From: Zygnema circumcarinatum SAG 698-1b
Taxonomy: Eukaryota; Plantae; Zygnematophyceae
DNA length: 64,000 nucleotides
NCBI GenBank assembly: GCA_037447605.1
Contig: CM074805.1
Location: forward strand, 4,063,361 to 4,127,360
Direction: 5' to 3'
Shown: in pieces, positions 26,331-38,765 of the stretch
Position numbering within the stretch: position 1 is the first letter of the stretch
Layout of the letters: each line of letters begins with the position of its first letter
The notes under the pieces: generated by a model
What the model was told of the DNA's origin: nothing
What the model saw: only the letters and a program-made list of their open reading frames with translations
Databases searched by the model: none
Position numbers and translations under genes: made by a program

Positions 26331-29300
26331 ATGGCTGCCATTATGCAGTCGGAGGAGGTGGAGCCGCAGGTCGACCCTGTGCCTCTGTACAACAATTTTA
26401 CAGCTGTCTATGGGGAAGGAGAGGAAGCTGAAATTGCTACAAAGCGCTATGAGTGGCTGGCAGCTGCTTTCAGCAAGCGCTATGGCACAGAACCACAGGC
26501 ATTTGCTAGGGCTCCAGGTGTGAACTACTGCTGTCACATTGAGCAGCCTTGGGCAGATGAGTTTCTGTTTTGGCTCGTTTAAGGTTCTATCCCTTTTTTC
26601 ATTATGGAAACGCAAGAGCATTTTCAGGTGCTCAATGAAAACGTGCAGATCATTCCTGGCTTCCCTGTGCGATGTTTCGGTTGTACCGTGTGTTTCACTT
26701 CTGATCAGTGGGGAGGACGATACACTGTTTGGCAGTTTGATGTGACTGAGGACGCTCTGTCAGCTAGCGAATTTTGAGGCAAATAACAAGAAGGAATTAA
26801 TCTTTTCTTTGATGAAGGGGCAACTGCCAAACTTGTTGGCTCTGGCAATATCTGCAATGGAATGGAGTCATTTGGACTCTGAAATTCGCCTGGCAGACTG
26901 TTTCTCCATTTTTTTCAGAGAGGATATATTTGCAAGTTGGTTAGGGAAATGATCGAAGATTCTAGGAGTTTGATTTTTTGTCTCTAAACAGTGGTCTGCA
27001 GCTCAACATTGCTCACAAAGCATTTCTTCATGTCGGATTGACTAACTGTATTTTCTGAAATACGAATTCTGAATTCGCCGTATTTTCTGAATTAACAATC
27101 TTCGCATTGCCATACTGTCTGTCGGTTCTCCGTGATCCAGGCCGCGTTAACTTAATTGGAGAACACATTGACTATGAAGGCTATGCAGTTCTTCCGATGG
27201 CAATTCGCAATGACACTATTGTGGCAATAAGACGAGTAGACGGCGAGACAAATCCTGTTCTTAAGATTGCAAACATATGGCCTGAGAAGTATCCTGCAGT
27301 GGAGTACGCTGCAGATCCAAGTCAGGTATGATTTCCTCCATGTCAGTCATCTTAACCTAGGATGTAAGAGCCGTAAACTGTATTGCTAACTTATCTTGCA
27401 GCAGGTCGCACAACAGCGTAATAGAAGTACAGATAATGCTGGATACCTTTATGTCGTCCAAAGCACGTATCTTCTATCAGGCAACTCTTGCCAACGGACA
27501 AACTTTTCGGAACTTGCAATTCAACACTGTCGATATGGTACAGCTAGAAGCTGACTTTGAAGTATCCACAAGCAAAACGAGCACATGATCATGCGAAACG
27601 TACCGTGGATTGCCTAGAAGCTTGTGATAAACTATGCTAGAGATGGAGTGACCACATCGTCCATTGTTTGTAGAACAAAGCAAGCAGAATAGCTCAATAT
27701 GATGGCAACCCTTTGCTATTCCACACATATGTCCTACTTTTTCGACCATGAAGTACTATGCTTGTCAGCTCTCAAACCAAGAAATGGCTCCGCATGGCTG
27801 CAGGAGGTTGACCTGAAGAATCACAAGTGGGCTCACTACTTCCTTTGCGGGTGAGGCTGATCCGGGGATTGGGCTGCCTAACGAGAGTACTATCTGTAGT
27901 ACCATCTTTCCATTTGGAGCAGTGTTTTGGGTTCTCAAAGAGACCTTTGCGTGTGGCTGCTGGTTGCAAACATTTATTCCAACTTAGCTACGCTCAGAAC
28001 TGCATGGTCGGCTAAGCTCAAGCAGCTCTTATGCTTTGGCTACTGGGAACTGTAACCACTAGTGAACCCTCCCAAGTTCGAGGAGAGGGAGGGAACGAGC
28101 TTGATGAGCGTGAAATATTTGAGTAGGATAACCCTAATCTTTACATTTTACTTTTCCTGGCTCGTTATGCTCACCCGCATTACATGATTCATTTTGTAGA
28201 GTTCAAGGGCCTAAAGTGAAGTGTTGTTTGTGCAAGTCCTAATCCTGCTCAGTTTTGAGATTGCTTTAATGCCGTCTATGGTTGCAGTTACAAGGGCGTA
28301 TATGACCATTTGCGCGAGCTCGGCTTCCACGTTACTGCGATTCCTTCATTGGAAGTGCTTGTGGATGGATGTGTTCCAACAGGTAGGCGAGATAAGTGCG
28401 TTGAAGGAAACCTGCCTCACCAATAACCAACTGTATGGGCAAGTGTCCGTTCTGTCTGTCTTTCCCTTTGTATGTTTTGTATCGCTGTATCGCTTTGTAA
28501 CGTTGAAGTTCGCAACTTGATGCATTGAGGGCTGCCAAAATGTTGAAGGTGTTGGGTTTTGGGATGGTCATCAGGTGCCGGTCTGTCGTCTTCTGCAGCC
28601 CTTGTGTGTTCCTCTGCCATTGCTGTAATGCAGATACTGGGCTTCAGCTTTTCAAAGGTATCCTTTGTCCCTCGCTTGAAGAGAAAATTGTTCAATTTTT
28701 AATTGCCTTTCCTAATCGATCGGCTTCTTTGTGTTTTTACACCCTTAAAGCACAGGAGTTTGCTAATTATTCTCGTTTGTTGTGGCAAGTTTTCGTTGCA
28801 AACATGTATCCATGGTTATTTTGAGAAGGTCTCACACTTCTCAGCCCTCGGAGACTAGCGCACAATGTTGTAATACTTGGATGAGTTTTGGGAATTCCTG
28901 CAGAGTGATGTGGCAGCATTCACATGCAAGTGTGAACGGTACATCGGAACGCAGTCGGGGGGAATGGACCAGGTGAAGTTTTTGCCCTTCTCGTTCTTTA
29001 TAGCGGGTGTTGCTTTACGGTGATCTCACTTAATCGTGGAGGGGCGCTCTTCAACATATTTCCTACTTAAAGTGCATCACTTTTTTCTTTTTTTTCTGAT
29101 GTATTGTAAGTATTGTATTGTCCTAGTGCTTTTTGTGCTTAATGTATAGACTTGACTGTGCTCTTACTGACTCTTAATAAGGGAATTGTGCCTTGGCTTT
29201 TGGAAGATCAGGCCATCTCAGTGATGGCTCTTCCAGGGGTAGCTATGCTTATTGAGTTTGATCCGGTCCAAGCAACTGAAGTGAAGCTGCCGGAAGGTGG

Positions 29301-31331
29301 AACTTTCGTTATTGCCAACTCGTTGACTATTTCAAATAAGGCGGAAACAGCAGCGACGAATTACAACAACCGAGTGGTCGAATGCAGGCTCGCTGCGGTA
29401 AGTCACAGGAGTTGACTTCGGATGACTGATTATGGTGCCACAGGACTGAAAGGAATCTATTGATTGAGGAATGGGATAGGGAGACGTGAATACGGACAAA
29501 AAAATGGTTGAAAGTCAAAAACAACGCGATTTAACTTTGACTCTATGTATTGAGTGTAACCGTGAGCTTGGGAAGTAGCTTCTGATAGGAGTCTAAGGGG
29601 AGGCTGAAAAAGTACCAAAAAAAAAGGAAGGTAAGGGGAAAGCATCCACTCTTGTTTCTAATTTCCTCAACCGGATGGTGGAACAGATGGTCCTGTCAGT
29701 GAAATTGGGGGATCTTCCACCCCACAGAGCCCTTAAGGAGATCACAACTCTCAGTGATGTGGATGGCGTTTGGAAGGGTGCTGAATTGGCGGAGGGAGGC
29801 AGGGCCAAGGGTGTTGCACTCGCTGTGGAGGTATTCAGTTCAGACATGGAAACCCACTTCAAAGGTTGCAATAGCTTCTCTCTGTAGAAACTGTGAAGAG
29901 GAAAGGATTGGTAACTGAATGATTGAATTTCTGAAGTCCTACTGCTCTGCTCATGACAGAAGTACCTGCATGATGAGCCGTACAGCACTGAGGAAATTGA
30001 AGGAATTCTGGACACAAGTCTGTTAAAGATTTTCTCCGACTCTCCAACATCTTTGGCTGTGTTGGAGCGAGCCAAGGAGTTTAAACTTGCGCAGGTTTGT
30101 GGCCGTCAACATTCTTCATTCTGATCTGAATGTGATTTGATTCAGTGCACGTGTTGTCCAGTCAGGTTTCACATTAGGTCTGGTTATGTACTTTCTTTGT
30201 GGAAACGAGTCTGCCCGTGCTCTTCTGATATCAAGAATATTTGAGGGCTTATTTTTGTTTTTGTCAAGAGGGTCCTTGCAGAGGGCGAAGCATGTCTACA
30301 CAGAAGCGCTCAGAGTACTCGCTTTCCGAGAAACTGCAGCATCTGCACAGTCTGGGTAAGCTACCGATAGAAAGACCAAACCACCCTTCGTCCCGAGCTC
30401 CCTTACAATTCATTTGGTACATAAAAGGAACGAACAGAAATAGAAGTAAAGTGGATGTGGATTAGCCACTCAAGCGAATCACAATCTGCTGCGGCAGCCA
30501 TGTCTGACTACCTGTCCAAGGGTATGTGGTGTGACTTTATTGCTGGCAGAGAGGCGACACAGGAGGAGGTTCTGGAGAAGCTGGGCAGCCTTATGAATGA
30601 GAGTCACGAGAGCTGCAGCAAGCTCTATGAGTGCAGGTGGGTGACTTTGACCTTTGCACCCGTCATAAGGGGCATATTCCGCGACTGTAAATCGTGAAAT
30701 TTCAGCCCCATAAGTTGTAATGCAATGAAGCAAAGGCAGCTGAATGTTTACAGCATAACCGAGTGGTGCCATATCTCCGAGAACAACATCGTCTTGGGAA
30801 GAGATGAGTGGGAGACAATCAAGGATTCTTACAGCAGCTTTTCCAGCAGGTCCTGATTTCTCTACTATGGGATTTTTGCAGCTGTCCGGAGCTTGAGGAG
30901 CTCGTTCAGGTTGCCCGTGAAAGCGGAGCCTTGGGAGCGCGTCTCACCGGAGCAGGATGGGGAGGATGCATGGTGTCCCTTGTAAGGGATGACATGGTGG
31001 AGGGCTTCATCCAAGCCCTGAAAGTAAGTTATGCGTTTACTTTGGGCAGAACAACGTTTTTGAATAGTTTTCTGCATCTTTGTTTTCCACTTAAGGACGC
31101 CTCATTATGTGTTCACGGCTCGTCTTTCTTCCTGCCATATCTTTTGTTACCGACTCCATTCTCTCTCTCTTTTTCTCTCTCCTATCAACCCTAATGTTCT
31201 AGAGTTTCCTGTGGCTGCAGGAGGGCTACTTCAAGAAGCGGATTGAAATGGGGCTCGTGAAGGAAGGGGATCTGGATGCCGTGGTTTTTGCCTCCAAACC
31301 GGCAGCCGGAGCTGCCACTTATGTGTTGTAA
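26331..31331 (+). CDS. GALK: Galactokinase (GHMP kinase family), multi-exon
   Basis: Motifs seen: ARAPG|[95 protein letters not shown]...[27 protein letters not shown] at 26331, TAA at 31329-31331. Confidence 0.95.
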
Positions 31332-32701
31332 AACACACTGGGACTCTTTGTACAAAACGAAAAGAATGAAAGTTTTTTGTGTTCGGTTAGATACTGGCAC
31401 GGAAGGAAAACAGAGACATCCCCCATTTGCATTATTCCAGTTGATCAATCCCTCTGCAGATTCCAGTGGCGATTCCAGATCCCTCTTGTCTATTACAGTT
31501 TTGTTAGCTACCAGGCGAAACCTTTTGATTATGCCATCAGGGAGATATTTGGCAGCGGTCTGATTGTTAACCTGCCCTTTGGAGCGTTTTGATGAAGACA
31601 GCAGGTAGTCGTCCAGGCACCTTCAGTCTTATGGCGATGGTGTTTTCCTTGTGTTAGAGCAGTTTTTAAGTGTGGATTCAACAAGATGAAAATGTACGAT
31701 GTTTCGGAATTGTGATTTCAGTGTGGTCATGTAGAGGGATATGAATCACTACAGCTTCAAAAGGCCAAATGACATTCAAAATATCGACAAGTTCAAAGGT
31801 GCACATAACCTATCCTAAAATAAAAAAGAATCAATCACTTTCATGTGCTATTCTGGAGTATCCATCATGCTACATCTGGCCACAACTAGAGCATTGTATG
31901 ATTCCCCTCTCAAAACCAGCGTGGCGTAGAGACGAGACAAGAAGATGCCAGCAATTGCTTGGAAGCAGCCAGTTTCTGACCAATTTCAACATATCAACAC
32001 GGAAACTTCACACATAAACGCTGTAGCACAAGGAGCCCTGACAATGTCATGAAAGCTGCCCACATTTCCTTGGTCTGGCCACACTGACGGGGGAATGCAG
32101 CGCCCAATGCGGACCAAGGCATGATCGGTCACAAAAGATAACTCGACTTTGCTGAATCCTGCACTGCCAAAGCTGCCTAGAAGGGTTTTCATCGTCGCCA
32201 ATAACTCCGGATCTCCATGATCATGGCTGTTCCAACCGGACGAGCAGGCGAAAGGGAGAAGTTCGACCTCACAAGCGTTCTGAATATCTCCGGCATTTTG
32301 ACAGCTGCACGATAGACTCGTCGAATAGCTTTTGAAGAGTTTAAGTGGCCTAAAAACTGCTCACTTTTTGCTGGGCAAAGGCCTCCTACCAGGGCAGGTG
32401 ACGGTGAGTAGAACTTCCATCATTCATAATACCTCAGCCTTACTCTCAGAGAATGGTTCAAGACAATAGAAGCAAGCTCGGATGTTCCGTTCATGGATCG
32501 AGTTCTGCGATGAAAAGCTGAAACTGGTTGGTTGGAGCATCGTCTTGCACGTTATCAAGAGTGACGTTTGACCCGTCTTCATGGCACCATCACCAGGAGT
32601 GATAGGCTTCTGCTTTGCTGACAAATGGCGCATGTAGCCCAAATGTTACCAAGGAGTGGCCCTTCGTCCTTCACGTATGAGTGTTCAAGACAGTGCGCCC
32701 G

Positions 32702-33577
32702 TCACTCATCCAAAACATTGACTAGCTCATATTCCACGAGCGAAAGATTGTTGTCCCCTTTCACTGCAAAGTCAGCGGGTGTCGTTGGCTCAATGCGTCC
32801 CCATTTATCGACGGCCAGACGCATTGATCCCCTGAACATATCAATCTTTGAATTGCGGAGAATGACCGTTGCACCCTCTGACATCACATCAACTGCAGAT
32901 TAAAAAAAAAATACCACAGACATCCAGTTAGTGCACGTTCAATTTTCCCTATCCTTTAGTAACTTTCTATTTCGAGGGCAATCGACCGCTAAAAATAACT
33001 ACTATAGTGCATTGCAGACTGAAAGCAAGCAGCGGACGCTTTAAGTAGAACGCCTCGAAAGACACGCCCAAAATCACACTACTGTGGTAGAGAGAAAGCA
33101 AGAGATAAGAGACCTTGGCCACGGAAACCACCAAAAATCATCGATTTCCCGTCACTCTCGAAAGACATGACACCAGCGAGGAGCAGGAAAGTCTTCGAGC
33201 CAAGCCACAAGACTAGGCGCACTCCCCATCTCCATCCGTTTTCCATTCACCCACTCCTCTCACTTGTATATATCTCACTCAGTAAGGAAAAGAAATGAAC
33301 ACCACTTCGATACCATGGCAGACATGACGATAAACATCCAGTAGATGCATTTGCAAATACCTTGCTCGTTCCGAGCAGTGAAAACAATGACTCCCGTTTC
33401 ATCTCCCACGATGCACTCCGCAATACGCGTCTGGCGAGCCTGGCTGTGGTCTGCTCTAGGACGCTGCATTACCAACTTCGAGCTCACAACCTTCACTGTC
33501 AGGTTGTGCCCGGAGGTTCCCGGACGGAGCTCCTCCACTTTGATGAACACAGGCTTCCTCAGAGGTGGCCCCGCCAT
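32702..33577 (-). CDS. Small nucleic-acid-binding OB-fold protein (plant family), 2 exons, 135 aa
   Basis: Exons 33577-33361 and 32892-32702. Peptide LRKPVFIKVEELRPGTSGHNLTVKVV...AECIVGDETG.IVFTARNEQVD...VILRNSKIDMFRGSMRLAVDKWGRIE...DNNLSLVEYELV is the typical plant single OB-fold protein. Confidence 0.92.
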
Positions 33578-33658
33578 GGCTGACAGCTCGCCTCGAGCTC
33601 CCCTCCCGGAGGAAGACGCGAGAGAGCGAGAGAGAGAGAGAGAGAGAGGTGGGTGGGC

Positions 33659-33667
33659 AAACCCTAA
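33659..33667 (+). promoter_or_regulatory. Telo-box motif (AAACCCTAA) near the OB-fold gene 5' end
   Basis: Exact AAACCCTAA about 80 bp upstream of the ATG. Telo-boxes are common in plant housekeeping promoters; function here is not shown. Confidence 0.35.
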
Positions 33668-34518
33668 AGGCCCTCTCTCTCACTTCCAACCCCCTCCCCT
33701 GCGCAGCTTCACCGTCGTCGGGCGAAGAAGGCCCCAATATTGGGCGAAAGGGACAGAAATGAAATTTGGTTCCGGAACGGAGCCAATGAGGTTCGATTAT
33801 GAGCTGGGAAGCAAAAAGCGCGTAAGATTGCTGATGATCGGACGGCTCCAACTTCCCCGATCTGCCATGGGATGATCTCAGCCGTCCGTATCATCGGCAC
33901 GTGTGGAGTATGCGAATTGGCATTTCGTGGTTTCGGCGCTGCAACTGTGGATCGGCATTGGCCCCGCAATGGGACGGAGGGCATGAAACGGTACCGCTTA
34001 GAGCCTTGTTGCGATGAAAGTTGTTGAACAATGTCTTAGGCAGCTTGCTGCTCTCATGAACCATTGTCCAAAGTATGCAGTTTCTCTTGGTACCATTCAT
34101 GACATGATTCTTTCGCACTTTAGATGCATATTGTGATGTTTAGAACACGTCTTGCAAAAAAAAGCATGGCCTACGCTGCTTGTCAACGACAATACCAACA
34201 ACTTCAATCGTTACAATGTCACACAAATTTAAGAGTAATTTCAAGGAAAATCAAAAGCATTAGGAAAAAACTTTGTAAAGCTATCTTGCATTAGCTATAC
34301 AAAGAGAGTTAACCTCCAAACGGTCCCCCATCCTTTGTTGAACGTCCCCCCTTGTCTTCACGTTATGGCTACTAAAGGCCATATGGTAACCTACTTCACA
34401 TGCATGGATGCATTCACAGCCTTTCCGTACAAGGCTAGCCAAATACAAAATTGCAAAAGTATGTACATATTTGCTGAAAGTCTGCTATTGTTGCGGAAAA
34501 ACTCCATGGTTGCATGGT

Positions 34519-36605
34519 TCAAGGCATCACATTGAGGCTTATTCCGACCTTGGGCTCCTTCTGCTCGCCCTTGCTCATCACGTCCCACTCCGCTTGTATG
34601 CCAATCGTTGAATTGGGTTGAAACTCATGCTGCACACAAACAGACCCCCTGTCAAACCCTAATAAGCCCTGATACAAAGGCACTACCGTCTCTACCACTC
34701 AGCAGCTCCCATCTCCCCCTGCTCCATCCCCACAGACCCTATATACTGCCACCACTCCTTCGATGTTCAAACAAAACTCTGACAAAAACAAATTCATCTT
34801 TTCCCTTTGTTTTGCGTCTCCTCCTGCCATTACTAAACCAACCCCCCACTCCAAAAAAAAAGAACAACAAGCCCCTCCTCCTCTCTCTCTCTCCATTGCC
34901 GTACCTGCAGCAGCCCTGCCACCCTCCCTTGGTTGTCAAACTTGGCCTTCATGGTGGTCTTGCTGTCCGGCTGGAAGGAGATGCCGTAGGTGATGACGTC
35001 AGGGGAGCTATCCAGAAACCGCGAGTACTGCGTGGCCACTTGGAGCCTTGGGTCCACGCTCTGACTCACGACCACCTCCACCGCCCTCTTCGCCCGCACG
35101 TTGTAAATCGCCGCCGCGTTCACCGACCCCTGCGAGATGCCAATGCCTGCCACGTGGCAAGGCATACACAACACACGTGGCAGCAGTCAGCACGCCATTT
35201 TCCAGGTAGCATTCGAGCACTCCCCCTCCCCCCTCTTTAAAAGAAACAGGAAAAGCAATAAAGTCAGAGGACGAGGGGGGAGAGAGACGGGGAGAAAGAG
35301 AAAGAGAGAGGGAGAGAGTGAGAGAGAGAGACGAGATGCTTTTAAATTCTCATTTCGCTTTCGGAAGAGGATTAAAGAGTAAAATCAAGGAAATGAAGAC
35401 CGCCGGTAACAACCTGCGTTTAATTTCGACACTTGCCCAGTTTCGCTGTCGTATCCCATTTCTGCGCCGAGAGAGAAGTCGCCCTTGAAGCCTCCGAGAG
35501 TGGCGCTGAGCTCTATAGGGGGCTTCGAATGAAGGCCTGTCGACCCAAAAAAGGTAAAATGCTGATGGCGGTATGCGACTGTGGCGAGGCCCTGCTTGAG
35601 CAGAGGGTAGCTTCCTTGAAGGGTAGCCGTCACATTAGGGGAAGGTTTGCTCCACGTCAGCTTTCCCTGCAAAAGGGAGAGACTAAACGCATAAGTGAAC
35701 CAATTAATTAACGAAAAAAAAACAAACAGTCAATGTACAGAAAATTTGTACATTTGATGACGGGTCAGTGGGTCAGATAAAGATTCATGAGTACTGCGAT
35801 GGCTTGAAAGACAGCGGGAAGGAAAATTGATCGTTATATTAAAAAAAAACTATGTGAAAAAGTTAATTACGTTGCAGAACGAGGACCAGAAAACAAGGAC
35901 CAGCTTATTAACATTTGGAAAATAAAACAGTAAAAAAAAACATGTAAGTTACCACTTCCATAGAGCCATATTCCACGCGCTTACCGTTCTAGAAGATTCA
36001 CCCTTCCTTCCCAAGAAATAATTTTATCAGACACCTCGTCCCTTTAACCATTTCCAAAGCAAAAAAATCCCATTCCGAAAACATAGTAAAAAAAATAATC
36101 CTCCAGCCTCCCCACCTCCTCCCTTAACCCTAAAATGAAAGCCCCCCTCCCAAAAACCCCTAAAATCCAATCCTAAAATCCACAACCCGAAGGGTACCTG
36201 CACCACGCCCGTAGTCCCGGTAGAAAGCTCCGCAGCGACCCCTGGCGCTGGCGCGACCGTAGTCGTGACAAGGCCCAAAATTAGGTCATCCATTTTGCTG
36301 AAGACAGTGGACAAAAGAACGCCGACTGGCGTGACAGCTGTCACGCTCGCAGCATGGCCCGTCTGGAAGCCCTTGAAGAGGAGATTGCGTGCCGGAAGCC
36401 CTAATTCCGAGAACAGGACGGGAGGGGCGCCCTTGGGTATTTGATGAAGCCATGGCTCCCTCTTCTCAGAGCTCTTCTCTCGGTCGCTGTGCTTCGCCCA
36501 CCCGCGGGGTGGCGAGTCGAAAGAGACGGTCTTCCTCCGCCTGTCGGGGGGAGGCCCCGGAGGGGAGTCGGAGGGAGGAGAGGAGGAGGGGGCTGGACGG
36601 TCCAT
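34519..36605 (-). CDS. VDAC: Divergent mitochondrial porin (VDAC) homologue, 4 exons
   Basis: Exons 36605-36198, 35666-35414, 35146-34905 and 34629-34519 are in phase (337 aa). KGAPPVLFSELGLPARNLLFKGF aligns with VDAC KGPGLY..IGK.ARDLL..DY. Also SLGAEMGYDSETG, TTMKAKFDNQGRVAGLLQHEFQP and KVGISLNV match the porin beta-barrel. The start codon is uncertain (see findings). Confidence 0.85.
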
Positions 36606-36857
36606 GAGGAAGCTCCTGAGGGCACTGCCAGAGGCGTGGAGGGATGGAGGGAGAGGGATGGAGGGAGAGGTAGAGAGAGAGGGAGAGGGAGGAGAGGGAA
36701 GGGAAGTGCGAGGGACAGGAGAGAGTGCGCTGGCAAGCAAGGCCCCGTCGGCGCATGCGGGACACGTGGCGCGCATATGGGGACGCCGCTTGTTGAATCG
36801 CCACGTATATGTTTGACATTTTAAAATATATTGCATTTACGATCAATGGAACAGAAG

Positions 36858-36938
36858 GTCAACATGTCCGAGTGGTTAAGGAGACAGACTTGAAATCTGT
36901 TGGCATTTGCCGCGCAGGTTCGAACCCTGCTGTTGACG
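36858..36938 (+). tRNA. tRNA-Ser (anticodon TGA), intronless, 81 nt
   Basis: Acceptor stem GTCAACA/TGTTGAC, A-box TGTCCGAGTGG, anticodon arm ACAGA-CTTGAAA-TCTGT, variable arm GGCA-TT-TGCC, B-box GGTTCGAACCC, T4 terminator at 36950-36953. Confidence 0.95.
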
Positions 36939-37611
36939 CTTCCAAGCTCTTTTCTCTCAACGCCGTGAACTTTTTTTTTTCTATGAAGAAGAGTGCGTAC
37001 ATACAACACGCCACCCGCGTCCAGGACAAAGGCACTGGAGAGTCCATAATCGACATTGCACTGCCACTGGGAACGTGGGAATGCTTGCGACTTCAATGCC
37101 CATGCATAGTTCTAATGAGGAATAGGGAAAAGTTATTTCGGAAACAGTACATGCCTCTTGCGATATGTACTTACAACAGCGCGATAAAGAGTACTACTTT
37201 CGAAACAACTCCCCAAGCAAAACCCTTCCGTTCTTTTCAAGACAAGCCCTGTCATCTTGGTGATAGTCGCCGATGTCATTTTCAAGGAGCATGACTTCCA
37301 TGAAAACGTTGAGACGTGAGTTCTTAGTTCTTTTGCTTCAATACGTTTATCAAAGCTTCTAACTGACCATCGACCTGCCAACCATTCTTTAGGGCCATCA
37401 ATATTTTCCGATCCGGTGATCCAACCTGCACAAACCTGAAGTCGCACTTTTAAAGGAGCGTTCGCAGCAGGTTCCGTGGCCCTTCAAATGCCCTCCCTCC
37501 GCATTTCAGGCTCCAACAGGCCGTCGAGACGGTACGTATGGGTGTACGGTACTGCCTTGGGGTTAAACACATTCAGATATTACTGAGATGTTTCTAAATG
37601 TTTTTAAAAAG

Positions 37612-37692
37612 CGTCAACAGCAGGGTTCGAACCTGCGCGGCAAATGCCAACAGATTTCAAGTCTGTCTCCTTAACCACTCGGACATGTTGAC
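37612..37692 (-). tRNA. tRNA-Ser (anticodon TGA), identical to the 36858 copy, opposite strand
   Basis: Exact reverse complement of 36858-36938, followed immediately by a T5 run on the minus strand. Confidence 0.95.
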
Positions 37693-37849
37693 CTAAGCAT
37701 AATATTTTGTGGTAAAAAATTAATTAAAAATTGTCAGTCGCCACCTCAGCTATACATTCAACCTGGCAGTCCCCAGGTCAACGTCCTGTCGGCGTGAAAT
37801 CCCGCCAGCGCCCCCGCCCGATCAGTTCGATGTACGGTCATACTTACGA

Positions 37850-38470
37850 GCCACGTGGATGAATCACGTGTCGCCACGACCTTCCACGTGGACGCAATTC
37901 GGACAAAAAATGACCCGCGCTCGATCTGTACATTTCGTCAGCTGTACCCTGGTCCCTGGGCGTGTGCATTTGTCGTTTTCACATAGGACAGCCGGCAACG
38001 AGACGGCAGGGCGAGGGCTGCCGGCCGGCCCGAACGTCCGTCCGTCCGTACGCGCCCTTGTACGGCAGGACCTGTGGGAGCCCGGGGGGCCCCCAGGCTC
38101 GTCCGGACCAGGTCGCGTGGTTCTTGAAGGGAAGGAGGGGCGGCGGAAGTTTGTCCACGCTGAGGACCGGCATCATCGGATTCGTCCACGTGGCGCAACT
38201 GTACCTCCGTACAGCTAGCTGTTCCATCAGCACGGCTTGTTTCTCGAGGGACCACGGCCATCTTGCGTCCGCTCAGGAGCTGCCACGTGGCGTCCAGCCC
38301 CCACCCCGTCCTCCCGCCACGTCGGAAAATCCCCTCGTATCTGCGTCGCTGGATCCCTCAACAGCCGCATCGGTACCGTCCGATGAGACACGCCTGCTGT
38401 GTGAGCCGTCGATCCAGGTCAACTTTGTCCACGTGGCCGTCTGAGTCAGCACGTCGCTCTACGTGGCGGG
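37850..38470. promoter_or_regulatory. CpG-rich CACGTG (G-box/ABRE-like) cluster upstream of LACS
   Basis: Six CACGTG sites at 37852, 37865, 37885, 38187, 38284 and 38430. These could be promoter elements or TE subterminal repeats. Confidence 0.4.
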
Positions 38471-38765
38471 CTCCGCGGAGTTTATCCGCTCGCCGCGTGA
38501 CGCGACACGGACCTTTTTGACGCCGGGAGGGCTAAAATGCGGGACTGCACACCGGACCGAAAATGTGCCCAAAACTGCTAACCTGGTTTTCATGGAGAAA
38601 CCGACTTTTGGAAACGGGTACAATTGGGGTATAGTGCGCCCCTTGTCCGGGCCTGCTTGGTTTCTGTGCTCGCCCCTCTCGGCTCGCTCTCTCACTCTCT
38701 CTCCCTCTCTCCCGTTCTCCTGCTCTCGCTCGCCTGAGCAGTAGGAGGTTTTTTTTGGAGAAAAC

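Noticed and set aside
33345-33875. 176 aa plus-strand ORF
   Set aside because: It is antisense to OB-fold exon 1 and runs through a (GA)n tract.
34608-35240. 210 aa plus-strand ORF
   Set aside because: It is antisense to VDAC exon 3 and its introns.
36858-37692. Selenocysteine or suppressor tRNA interpretation
   Set aside because: The anticodon is TGA (reads UCA, Ser), not TCA, and the body matches ordinary plant tRNA-Ser.
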